Assembly: GCA_965153455.1 (NCBI GenBank)
Contig: OZ234494.1
Location: forward strand, 5,766,001 to 5,830,000
Direction of reading: 5' to 3'
From: Sphagnum compactum
Taxonomy: Eukaryota
Length of the DNA stretch: 64,000 bases
In this document: positions 1-11,980 of the stretch, one piece after another
Position numbering within the stretch: the stretch's first letter is position 1
Layout: every line of letters begins with the position of its first letter
Position numbers and translations under genes: made by a program
The notes under the pieces: generated by a model
The model's input: only the letters and a program-made list of their open reading frames with translations
Database searches by the model: none
What the model was told of the DNA's origin: nothing

Positions 1-1640
1 AAAAGATTATTAAAACTTGCCAATAGTCTATAAACCCCTACTATCAACAATTTTCTAACAATAATGTTTCGATTTAAACTACAATTTTATTTGCACATTG
101 TTATTGTCACGACCCTAGTTTTAGGCTTGCGACCAAAGCAAGGCCTTGCAAAGGTGCGGGCCAAGAGTGAAGCCTGGAAGTCACATTTCATGCTCACATG
201 AATGTAGGAGAATGTGAGGGAATGAGCCCACACACTCCCAAGTGGGCTCCCACTTTGGGAGTTAGAGTTTCGATTGACTTCCGAATCTTCAAGGAACATT
301 TTCAAAGGCCAAAACTCATTTGATTGGAACGTTTCTTATACCATTGAAAAGACTTTAAAACATAAATGTCTAAAATGGGCTGACCCATTTGAGTACTTAA
401 AACACAAGCTATGGCCAAAAGAAGGGCCGGGAATCAAATTGCCAATTTGACTCCCGACCATTAAAAGTCAGGAATCCCCCTGATTTACTTATGTACAGGT
501 GGTGTGCCACATATCGTTAAGAAGCTTTCGACAATGGCTACAACTTTTCTTTGGACCTCATTTCAATTCGAAGTTTGCACAAGAAGTTATAGCCTTCCAA
601 AGTGTCGAGAGTTCTAATTTCAGGAATTTTGGGATTCCCAACTTGGGAGTCCCGGGACAAAATGACATTTGGATGTAGCGCCCGTGGGTAATCACAGAGA
701 ATATTATAAGGGGGGAGGTGGTGGCTGCCCCTAAGTTTAGGCCGTGGTGAGTCTTGTGAGTTCGTGTGCCTCCATGATTCGTCCGTGGACCAAAAGTGTT
801 CTAACTATGCATTAACCAACTTGTTGTTTGGTTTGTGTAGGTTCGTATGAATAATTGACCTGCTTGTCACTCGTCCTAGTCCCCATCCCGAAGCTCCAAC
901 ACACCCTTTTATTTTCGAAGTGTTGTGAGTTACGGAGCGTATCTCACTCCTTCTTCCATTATTTTCACCTTTGGACTCACATTTGAATCTTATGAGGAGT
1001 TTGGGGGTGCGTCAGTTATGGAAAGAATGAAGCAAAAAACTCTATAACATCACAAGGAATCTATATTGATGTGTGAAGAAGATATTTCTGTACCAAAAGC
1101 ACATAACTCATTATGTATACCACAGACTTCAAGAACAAGGATTTTAGCTATCAGAAATGAGATATTTGCTAAGCTGAATATGTATTGTACAAATTATCAT
1201 TGTATAAACCATAATGTGGAAACATGTAAAAAGAAAAAAGTGAACTTACTATAGCTACTGCTAAAACCATTGCATAGGTTGGTAAACTTCCAAGACCATT
1301 TTAAATTATCCTTTTCATATTTGTGGGAAAATGGGACACAAATCAACAAATTGTCTTAAGTTTAACAAAATGCAAACCATGTTCAAAGACAAAGGAGGTA
1401 AAATTATAAAAACCAAGCCTATATAATTAACATAAAAAAATTTACTGTTTTAATTAGATGTTCATGTGACCATTCAAAGTAAGGCTAGTGAAAAATATGT
1501 ATTCAAAGATCAAGAATCAAGAAAAAATAAAACTATAGTTGACTAGGAAGTAGAAGAAAAGTTGAAAAAGTCTATGGTGGACACCATACAACAGATGCAA
1601 GCAGCTAGTCCACCATTTGACATACTTACCACTATAGTAG
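1..1640 (+). pseudogene. Degenerate Ty3/gypsy gag region, interrupted by a solo LTR
   Basis: Zinc-knuckle-like remnants near 1190-1230 (CTNYHCINHNVETC) and 1315-1355 (ICGKMGHKSTNC). The gag-like reading continues across the 105-1014 insertion. Many stops and frameshifts. Confidence 0.6.
105..1014. mobile_element. Solo LTR (~910 bp) with 5-bp target-site duplication GTTAT
   Basis: Starts TGTCAC (105) and ends GCGTCA (1014), i.e. TG...CA termini. GTTAT lies immediately on both sides (100-104 and 1015-1019). GC is higher than in the flanks. Confidence 0.85.
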
Positions 1641-2955
1641 GAGAATGCACTACTAGTTGGGTTAGGATGTTGGGTTCAGCAGAACCTAACGAACCAACAA
1701 TACCACAAGAAGTACTTTGTATAAATCTCCAAGCAAACTCATCTCTATTGAAGAGATTTTTTAGGATCATATTAGTAAACAAATGTTGGAAACCAGTTAT
1801 GCTATCACGACCACGAAAACAACCAAGTCTACATGATTTCATAAACCAAGACAAGAACAAAGGCATGTTTTATTACAAATCCAGATTGCGAAACAATAAA
1901 AACAAGAATAAGAACATGACATGTGCAAGACAAAAATCTAACATGATTTTATTACAAAAACAAAACAAGAACAGAATAAATTTATGACAGAAAAACATAC
2001 ATTAGAAAAGATCTTCAAATATATGACTAAGTTTATGACTAGAATTTCAATCATAAAAGACAAAAATGACTAAGAGCCTTAAAGTCAAATTGGACAAGTC
2101 GTTGAAAACAATAGTCATTTACGACATGATGTGACAAAATGATGTGGCACATATTATCTATTAATCATAAAGGACATATTGTGAAGTCATCAAAATAGTT
2201 TAGTCAGAATATTTATTTATTATTATTATATTTTAAATTTATGTACTTTTAATATAATATTTATTCGTTATATTTCTAGTAATATATTTTTACATTCATA
2301 TTTTTTTATCCTATCAATTATTGACGTGTGTCCTTATTTAAACTAAGTTTAAAAACCTAGTTTAAATAACTAGGTAGGCCACCTAAGCATTTCACCTAGG
2401 TAATCTATGTAAGTAAAAAATCTTTAGTCAACATTTCATCATTGACCACAACTCATGTCACTTTTAAGATTTGATCCTTGAACCTCAAGAATAAAGTCCA
2501 ACTCAATGACCATCAAACCACCCCATTTATTGTGAAAATAATTTAGTGTGCATTCGATTTACACCATACTTCATTTAAACATTATACAAACTTCAAATAA
2601 TTCATATATTATTGATTTTTTTCCAAATGAAAATATTGAAAATTTATTTTTAAATTTCTTAAAATAATGTATATACATAAATATATTGTAAATTATTTGA
2701 ATTCAATTTTTTTTAATATCATTATTGAATAACATTTCAATGACCATTCTTTGAAAAAAAAATTCAAATTCACATGATTTATAATTATCTTTGTGGTTAA
2801 TATAATAAGAAAAAAATCATAAATTAAAATTTCATTTGACTTAGGAATTTATAAATTATATTATTTACATTTCAATAAATCATAATTTTACTAATATTTT
2901 TAATTTTAAAAATATATGATATATAATTTATCCACATGAAATATTTACAATGGAT

Positions 2956-2956
<1 letters not shown>

Positions 2957-2996
<40 letters not shown>
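2957..2996. repeat. Compound microsatellite (TG)n(TA)n
   Basis: Directly visible. Confidence 0.95.
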
Positions 2997-3868
2997 GAAA
3001 TTATTTATTTTATACATACGTTATTGAAATCTTTCTCAATTTAAAAATAAAACTTTAATGTATAAATAATTATATACTTCCCATATTTTATGAATTATTT
3101 CATATTATGAATTATTATTAATGTTTTAATCATATTATAGTCATTTAAGTGCCATGTCATTATTTTGAAATTTCTCTGTAATCTGCATGAAACATGTGGA
3201 CATGTAACATCATTTGGTGATACCCACATAAAACTTGAATCCAAAATCATGAAAGTCATATTTTAGTAATGGAAAAAACCACGTGGGCATGATAATACAA
3301 TTGTTTGTTTGTGGGACCCATAAAAGCCGAAAATAAAATACAATTTGACCAAAATATTTACATGTCATTATAAAACACCTAACATCATTTTTTTAGTCAT
3401 CATATTGTCATATGTATGTTGCGAGCAATAATTGAAGACAATTAGGACTTCTACATCAGCTTATTTCATGTTCATATAACTAATAATTACGACAATGGAT
3501 GAAAGATGGTAAACCAAATACACATGTTTGATAAGAGTTCATCCGTGTAGGAGTATTCTAATAGGTAAATGACTTATGGACTTTACACGTAAGAAACACA
3601 ATCATATAATATGATTATAATCATTGATATAACCATGTAGGACACCTATTCATTGTTTGATTGGTTGCGTGGGACACAATTTCTTATAATGATACCCAAA
3701 ACTAGTGTTGAACAAACTGAAGGTAGCGGGGAATTATAATTCTATGTATACCCATTGGGCACCTAACTCAAGGAAATTTCTCAAAAAATTTCAACTTACA
3801 TGTGGCCCATGTTTAGCCATGTGTGGCCCATGTCCACCTATGTGTGAATTATGAGTGAATTAAAACTC

Positions 3869-4045
3869 AACTAAGACTGAACTAAGAGTTAACTAATAAT
3901 TAACTAGAAGTGAACTAAGAATTAACTAAAAATGAACTAAGAGTTAACTAGAAATGAATTAAAACTTAACTGGAAGTGAACTATAAATGAACTAAAACTT
4001 AATTAAAATTTAATTAAAAGTGAATTGAAACTAAATTAAAAGTTA
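3869..4045. repeat. Degenerate ~11-bp tandem repeat (AACTAAGAGTT / AACTAGAAGTG-like units)
   Basis: About 15 consecutive imperfect units. Confidence 0.8.
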
Positions 4046-4119
4046 GGTACAAGTTCACTACAAGTCATGGATGAACATGCATATGAATGAATTCCATAAC
4101 ATTGGCATTTGTGACATAT

Positions 4120-6480
4120 ATAATGAACCTTGGGCAATTACTCAAAATAACACTAGACCTAAAAAAGTATCTATGGTAGAATTTGAAATCGGATAAACCA
4201 TAGACTTACACTAAGCCTATGATCGATAAAATAACGTAGTCTATAGTTCCTGACATTAGCGCAATAGTAGTTGTTATAAATAATCATATGGCCACTATTC
4301 AAGTACAGGTAGGAAAAAACATTATTGATGATGTACTTTTGGATGGAAGGTCAAGGGTAAATAAATCATAGAACAATTAAGGGTTAGGCTAAAACTATTT
4401 AAACTTAAACCTACACCTTATAATTTACAAATGGCAAATCAAACAACAAAGTTAATAGGATTGATCAAAGACCTAAAGATGTATGTGCATGGTATACCAT
4501 ACATAGCCACCTTTATAGTCCTACCAAACATTGTTATTCCATGTTGTTCAGTAGACCATGGGTCAAGGATGCCAAAGTGGCACATGACTAAGGTATAAAT
4601 AACATGATTGCAATACAATGGAATGGTATCATTAGAACTATAACAATCATTAAACATTTGGGGTACTAACTTGAAAAGATCATAAGTATTTATACTATGC
4701 TTTGATTATCATAATGGCATCACAAATGAGGAAAAAAAATTAATGTTTGTAAGTGAACTTGAATTATTTTCTAGTGATACAATTAGTTTACCTTTAGAGG
4801 CTGTGACTGTAATTGTAATGAACATAGTCCAAATTGAGAGAATAACAAAAATATTAAATTCTGTTGTAGAGCCTACCCCAAACCACAAAAGTAGTGTAGA
4901 AATAGTCATCACTAAAGAACTTAAAGTAAACAAGGTGTATTTTGAAACTTATTATCACCACAAATTTAGTCAAGTGTAGATTAATGAAACATTAGCAAAT
5001 GTCAAAGTACAAGAATTACAGATTGGAGGTTCAACATTAACCAAAGACCAATAATTATTGAAAATCAACCTTGGAATAATGGACAATCCATAGACAATTA
5101 AAGTGAATGCCCAACTGGTTGAGGAAAACATGAGTTCTTTAATAAATTGTTGTTGGAGTACAAGGATGTCATTGCATGGACTTATAAGGACCTAAAAGGC
5201 ATACCTCTAAAATTGGCACATCATATGGAGTTGGACACATCAATTCCACCAACACGTTAAACTAGGTACAAAATGAATCCCAACTGTGTTGTAGTTGTTA
5301 AACATGACATAGAAAAATTGTTAGCACCCAAATTTATACACCCTATAGAAGAAGCTACTTGTTTATCACTAATAATGGTAATTCCCAAGAAGAATGAAAA
5401 ACTTAAAATTTGTGTAGACTACAAAAAATTAAATACAACTCTAAAGAAATATCCATACCATTACCTTTTATAGATGAGGTTCTGGACACAATTGTAGGGC
5501 ATGATGCTTATTCCTTCTTAGATGGATACTTTGGATATCACCATAATACAAATACAAAATAACCTTTGTAACAAATTGGGGAGTTTTTGTTTGGGTAGTG
5601 ATGTTTTTTGGAGTGAAAAATGGACCTCCTACTTACCAAAAGGTAATTTAAGTAGAACCTTCAAAAATTATTTAGATGAATTCATGAAGATTTTTCTAGA
5701 TGATTTCAATATTTATAGTGACATGGGTACTCATCTAAATAAGATCAAACTATGCTTCTAGAAGTGCAAAGAATTTGGGATTAGTTTGAACCCAAATAAA
5801 TGTGTTTTATATTATTTTTAGGGATGATACTAAGGTTTATAATATCAATGGAAGGTAAACTACCAAATCCTAAGAAAATCCAAACCATAGTTCAAATGCC
5901 TACAACCACAAATCCATAGTAGATTCAAGTATTCAACGGAATGGCTGAGTTCTATAGATGTTTCATTAAAAAGTTTTAAATTCATAATGGTCCCAATTAC
6001 TAAACTTATGAAGAAGACAAAACAATTTATGTGGACCCAAAGTGTTAAGTAACTTGGGAGTTGATAAAGCAAAAAAAATATACAAACACCTATTCTTATA
6101 TTTCCAAATTGGGATATAGAATTTCATGTTCATGCAAATGCATCATTGTTAGCCATAGGTATTATGTTAGCATAGAATATGACAAAGAAACACGATCAGC
6201 CTTATGTTTATGCTTCTAGATTCTTGAACATAGTAGAAAGAAACTACAATACCACAAAGCGTGAAGCTTTAATAATAGTATTCACACTTCATAAGTATAG
6301 ACATTACTTAGTTGGTAATAAGCTTATGTTTTATGTTGATCATATGGTTTTGGTCTATCTATTGAACAAACTACAAATTTCAGGTTGTATTGCCAAATGA
6401 TTACTTTTGCTTCTAGATTATGAATTCATTGTAGTACGCAAGCCGGGACATACACATGTAGTGGTAGACACGTTAAATAG
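4120..6480 (+). pseudogene. Degenerate Ty3/gypsy pol (aspartic protease, reverse transcriptase, RNase H)
   Basis: Protease-like DVLLDG at ~4330. RT segments PKKNEKLKICVDYKKLN (5273-5473) and FMKIFLDDFNIY (~5680-5715). RNase H YASRFLNIVERNYNTTKREALIIVF and FYVDH (6179-6400). The PR-RT-RH order is gypsy-type. Many stops and frameshifts. Confidence 0.9.
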
Positions 6481-6796
6481 GCTAAAAACAAGTTACGCAC
6501 TTCTTGTCCAAATCTTGTTTTTTGGTTAAATTCAATCCTTCGAGGAATGAAACTTGTCAAAAGGTTTGAGTGTTATTATTTGTGGATCTATTAAGACCCT
6601 CTATGTTATTTGTAGGGGGGGTGAAAATTCGAGCCCCTTCCATTTGGGACGTCAAAGTAGGTTCTCTTTCCATTGAAGGATTCGACATTTCAATGGTCAC
6701 GTTTTCTGTTCACCCATTCGAGATATGGGTTGGTACTTCCATGTCATCTAGTGGTGGAGGGACAAGCCCACCACATCGGGGAAATAATGCCTTCAC

Positions 6797-7000
6797 TCAT
6801 GGGTGTGCCTTTGAACACATTACAATTCCAACTTGCCCATTACCATCATATCGATAGCCCAAATGGAAGAGCATTCTATCTTTGTGATATGAAATAACAT
6901 TATCCCAAAACTTGCATTCCACCTTCCCTGGCTTGTCCTTTGGCATCAAATACCATGGATTCCACACGTTCTGATTTATTTCCATCGATAAAATATTATA
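6797..7000 (-). pseudogene. BED-type zinc-finger fragment, probably from a hAT transposase
   Basis: VWNPW...KVECKF(W)DNVISYHKDRMLFHLG resembles the W...CxxC...H BED finger with one Cys mutated. Confidence 0.5.
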
Positions 7001-7324
7001 CACAAGAACAATATGCTTGATTAATATAATTAAGTATTCAACAATAAGATTGGACTTCACCTTCAAGGTTACAATTGAAATTCAACACTCATTGTAAATA
7101 CAATATGACGATTTGAAATTCAAACACTCATAAAGGTTTCACCCCTCCCTCTTAAAATATATGGCAATGGTTGGTGTTAAACAACACAAGGCCCACACAC
7201 CCCAAAGGAGAAAGTGAATATTGACATGCAAGGTTTACATTTTATTTCGAAACAAGACCAAATTTCATCACTAAATAAATTTTGGAAATCAATCCACTGT
7301 AAATCATACAATTGACATCCAAAG

Positions 7325-7585
7325 ACATGTGACAATTGAAAAAAATTCAGCTGCCACACGATTGACGATGGAATGCTTTTAGTCACTATCCGCGTGGTGA
7401 CGGAAAACTTTTGGTCACCACATGCTTGGCAACCAAAAACATTAAGTTGCCAATCATGTGGTGATTGAATTTTTTTCAATTGCCACACAATTGGCGATTG
7501 AAAATTTTCAATTGCCATAGGGTTAACAATCAAAAATTTTCAATCATCGCAGGCTTAGCAATTGAATTTTTTTGGTTGCCATAAG
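7325..7585. repeat. Degenerate ~30-bp tandem repeats (…TTGCCACACAATTGGCGATTGAAAATTTT…), probably transposon subterminal repeats
   Basis: Several imperfect copies of a TTGCCA…TTGAA(T/A)TTTT unit. Confidence 0.55.
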
Positions 7586-7825
7586 GTTTAGAATGACCAA
7601 AATGAGTGCATTTTCATTTGCCATAAGCATACCTTGGGTAGCCTAAGAGTGTTTTTGACCTAGGTTGACATGACGTAAGGGTGTGTATGCGTCAAGATGC
7701 GTTCGTCGCATCGTGATGAACGCACGAACATAGTGACAACCCTGCATAAAAGGACTAATTTGAATTTGATTTTGTTTTTGCTTATAAAATTTCAAATGAA
7801 ACTAAACTCAAACACATTGTAACGA

Positions 7826-8317
7826 TTAGAATCTTACCTTGTTTTCTGTATTCTTGACAAATTTTGGCTCCATCTCCCCATGAAGAGCAATAAGGGCCTT
7901 CACATCACAATCCTTCCAACTTTTCTTACTTTTTTCATCTCCGTCTATTTCACCTTCTTCAACCTTCACCACTTTTTTTTTTGGATGTAACCTTTTTCCG
8001 AGATTGTTTTTTTTTTTGGCTTCAAATGGTGCCACAACTTGAACATTCTTCTCTTGGGTGTCTTGAAAATTGTGAACTTCTTCATTGATTGATTTTTTCT
8101 TGGGCACAATTTTTTCTATTTTCTTCAAACCCATCCTATTTGAAAAAATGCGATTTGAAGTTAAGATGGGCAAATTAACTCTTGTAGCTATAAGCATTTG
8201 AAGAGACAAATTAAAAGGCTGAACTGAACGAGGACCCACATTTGATACACCATTTTCATGAAACACTCCAACATCTTCCATATCCCAAGTAGGAAACTCA
8301 GAAACTTCTTTCATCAT
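7826..8317 (-). pseudogene. Myb/SANT-like (trihelix) fragment, probably a PIF/Harbinger accessory ORF remnant
   Basis: C-terminal KKSWKDCDVKALIALHGEMEPKF resembles helix 1 of Myb/SANT-like domains. It is followed by a GTAAGA donor and lies among transposon debris. Confidence 0.5.
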
Positions 8318-8666
8318 TCACAAACAAACACAAAAGTTCAACAAGAAGAAAGTAAAATGAAAAAAGATGAAATATAAAAGGAGTAAATATAAGGTTTGAT
8401 CTAAGGTTTAGTTTGATCCTACGGTGTGAATTTCATCAAAGCAATAATATTTTATTGTTGTAACATTGGCCCCAAGGGTTGGCAAATTGGCCTCTCAAGT
8501 TGATAGGTATCCTTTCTCTCAAGCTGTGGGGCCCAGTCAGGGCCATAAAGATTAAAATCATTTTCAGCCTTGACTCTTGGTGTAAAGCCCTTGAGGCTGA
8601 TTTCAGTGAATGCACTAATAGGAATGTTCGAACATTGAACTTTGGCCTTGACTCCTAATGCGAAGT

Positions 8667-8867
8667 GGCCCATTCACACTTGGTGTTAGGGACTCTAGTG
8701 TTGAGTCATACTAGTACTTTAAGACTTAAACTTACTTATCATGAAGATTTTATGTTAAACTAGCATTCACTTAACATTAAGGTATCACCCATTTAACATT
8801 GGGTGCCACCTAGGATGCCACCTATATTTTCATTTAACATTGATTTAACATCAAGTGTGAATGCACC
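8667..8867. mobile_element. Tourist/Harbinger-like MITE (~200 bp)
   Basis: Imperfect ~21-bp TIRs GGCCCATTCACACTTGGTGTT and AACATCAAGTGTGAATGCACC. Confidence 0.7.
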
Positions 8868-9257
8868 ATAAGTCTCATTGAAGATATAATAAACAATTAT
8901 CACTAAAGGCAGGTTTTGTCTATTTGGTGCTTTAAAAATTAAAGTTCAAACAAGTTGAGTAAATTAATTCCTTTCAAGGTTCTTTATCCTTTTGAAACAT
9001 ATATGCATAGAAAGTACTATGGTGTCATTTATTTGGTTGTAATCCATACTACAAAAAACATTTTTGTTGACAACATTTTATCAACTTAGGGTTTCCACGA
9101 GTTTAAGCCTCACTCATGACTGCACCATCATGGATGGATGATTTGTGGACATGAAACTCTTTTTCATTGAGTTCTTGTTCCCAACTAACCTCCCCCAAAG
9201 CCAAGGGTTCTAAAAGTGTGTATGGATGGGATCCAAAATTGGGGTTCATCCAACTAG

Positions 9258-9417
9258 ATACTAGTCATTTAAGACTTAAACTTACTTATCATGAAGATTT
9301 TATGTTAAATTAGCATTCACTTAACACGAAGCTATCGCCCATTTAACATTGGGTGTCACCTAGGCTGCCATCTAGATTTTCGTTTAACATTGATTTAACA
9401 TAAAGTGTGAATGCACC
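9258..9417. mobile_element. 5'-truncated second copy of the same MITE
   Basis: Near-identical to 8708-8867 and ends GTGTGAATGCACC followed by TTA. Confidence 0.75.
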
Positions 9418-11980
9418 TTAAATAGTATTAAGGACCATCCCCTATCATTTCATTTGTTGCAAAAATTTACAACAAAGGTTGAAATTGAAAAAGTAATATT
9501 CCCCTTACTAAAATTTGATATGGGCATTTGTCCTCCATTCCAACTATGTTTTTCCAACATATTTGCTAGATGTTTTTACATATAAAACATAAATTTGTTA
9601 CAATATATCTTGTGAAAATTTTACATGTGTTACAAATTATTCAAAATTTGTAAAAAAATTCATTAAATGGTTGTATAAATACTTTTAATGTTTCTTTAAA
9701 ATGAAGCAACTATATAATTGAGAAATATTTTCAAAATAATAAATAAATTGAGACCATGGGAAAAACAAAATATATTAGCCAAAAGTGAAAAAGCACAAGT
9801 GTTTCATAATCAAACAATGAAACATAAACATTATGATGTTGTATGCAGTTGTCACATTTTCTGCAAATATTATATTTTAACAATATATGTATTGCACATT
9901 CAACTTTTGTTTGAGCTTCTTGAGTAATTCCAACATGAAGACTGATGAATTTAATTTCAAAAAATAAAATAAAAAATTACTTGAATTGAAAATTAAAATT
10001 TCATAACTTCAATTGAAAAGTTGGAATATTTTGCAAACTTTCAAACCTCTGTTCCAACTTGTAAAAGATTTTGCAAGAAAATTGCTCTGCAATATTTCTC
10101 AACGTGTTATTTATTTACTTAGTTTATTATTTGAATTCAAAATATTAAATTCATAAATAATAAATTTGCTTGGTTGAAACATATAAAATGTCAACCAAAC
10201 TATTTGCACAAAATAAATATTCCCTTTTTATTTTTATTTTTTGCATTTTGATGAAATTTTGCATAGAAAAAACATTATGTCAAAGTTTTAATGCCATGGT
10301 TGTTTGTCAACCAAATTTGGCTGGAGGCCATACAAATTTTTTTAAATATTTTTAGATTTTTGCCTAGTTCTGGCAATCAATAGGAACTCATTTGTCTAAA
10401 TATGAAGACAAGTGACTTTTTTTTTCCCTCAAAATATGGCGAATTTTGCAATTGATTTTCTTTTCTTTTTGAAAAAGCTCTTGAAAAATTCACACTGGGT
10501 TTTAATTTATTGCTACAGTGCGAAAATCACCCAAATAAAAAAACACTGATTTACAAAAAATGTAAATTTCCTTTTGAAGAAAATGATAATAAAAGGGTTA
10601 TTTTATTATGATGGGTTTTGGAGTCTAATTTCTGAGACCATATATGTATATAAATTTGGGCTTTTTATTGCTTCGCACTATCAATGATGATGATTAAATT
10701 ATTTTTTATGGGCATAATAATTTTTTTGTAGTTAATTTTGTCTTTTCAAGAAATAAAATTTTATAAATTTCACTATATGTCATTTTGTTTCATTATTAAT
10801 TTTTTTTACATTCTTGATTTGGTAAGGAAAATGCCAACAAAAGTCCAATTCATTAGATAAGTTTACAACAAGATACAAATAGACCCAAAAAGAAAAAAAG
10901 AAAAAAAAAACATTGAACGAGTGTAAAAAGAAAAACAAAAAAAAACACAAACTAACAAAAACATTGAAAGGTTACAAGATAGACCAAAAAAAAAAAAACG
11001 ATTTTAAATTGGAATTTGATCATTTTTGGCTCAAAACCTCTTTTTTTAGTCATTTTTTTGACGGTCTAGATTTCATTTTCGGCCAAAATCCGAGATCGAC
11101 TGTCAATAATTGGAAATTTGTACTCAGCATACAGGAAGATGAATATGGGAGGGGAATTCATCCATCTGCGAGGACAACATGCTCTTCATTCATCCGAGAG
11201 GACACTATCGTACCTTGATTCCCTGGCTCATGATTGAAAGTTCAGGGCCTAATGGAGTAGTCCCCGTTCATTGCACGGGTGCCGCGGGGTGAATGGACCA
11301 ATCAAATCATCGGCTAAGTAGGGTTTGGGGGGGTGGCCTCGTAATCTGCTCCCCTGTGATAGGGACATTTGCAGGGATCTCACAGCAGAGATCCAACGGT
11401 AAGGACAGAGACCTCCCATTGTACGAACCCGATTCATTGATAATGCCCGAAGAGACTCCGGATGGTTCAATAGACGGTTCAGATCGAACGATGGACCTTA
11501 ACAGGGCGGGGGAGTGCAGGTGCACACACAGCGGAGCAAAAGAAATGGAAAGTGCAAAAGATGAAAAAAGTAGCGTTAACAGTGGTTAAAGAAGGAGGAG
11601 GGATTGGGGGTGGGGGGGAAAAGAAATGAGAGTTAAGGGAAAGAGAAAGATGCGAAACTTCATATAGAGGCGAGCGTTTGCGCGCTGCCTCGCTTGCGCT
11701 CTTTGAAGGCCTTCGTTGTTGGCCGGCTAGTCTCACCGAATTCGCGTCGGGATTTTGTACTTGGGTGGCGCTGGAATCTCCGCTTGTGGCGTAGAGGTGA
11801 ATCCCAGCTTCCCAACGAATGTTTTCTTGTGCAATTTGGTGCATTTTTTCGTGAAGAATTTGTTGTTTTTCGCTACATGGATGTCATGTCGCTGCTGCAC
11901 TAATGTTTTGCAGGCACTGGCTCAGGTAGTCTCAATTCCATGATCAACAAGACGGTTGGGTCGTCTTCTTCTGCGCTTGA

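Noticed and set aside
11249..11943. Several 60-120 aa ORFs on both strands
   Set aside because: Expected by chance in a GC-rich promoter or 5'UTR; no recognisable homology.
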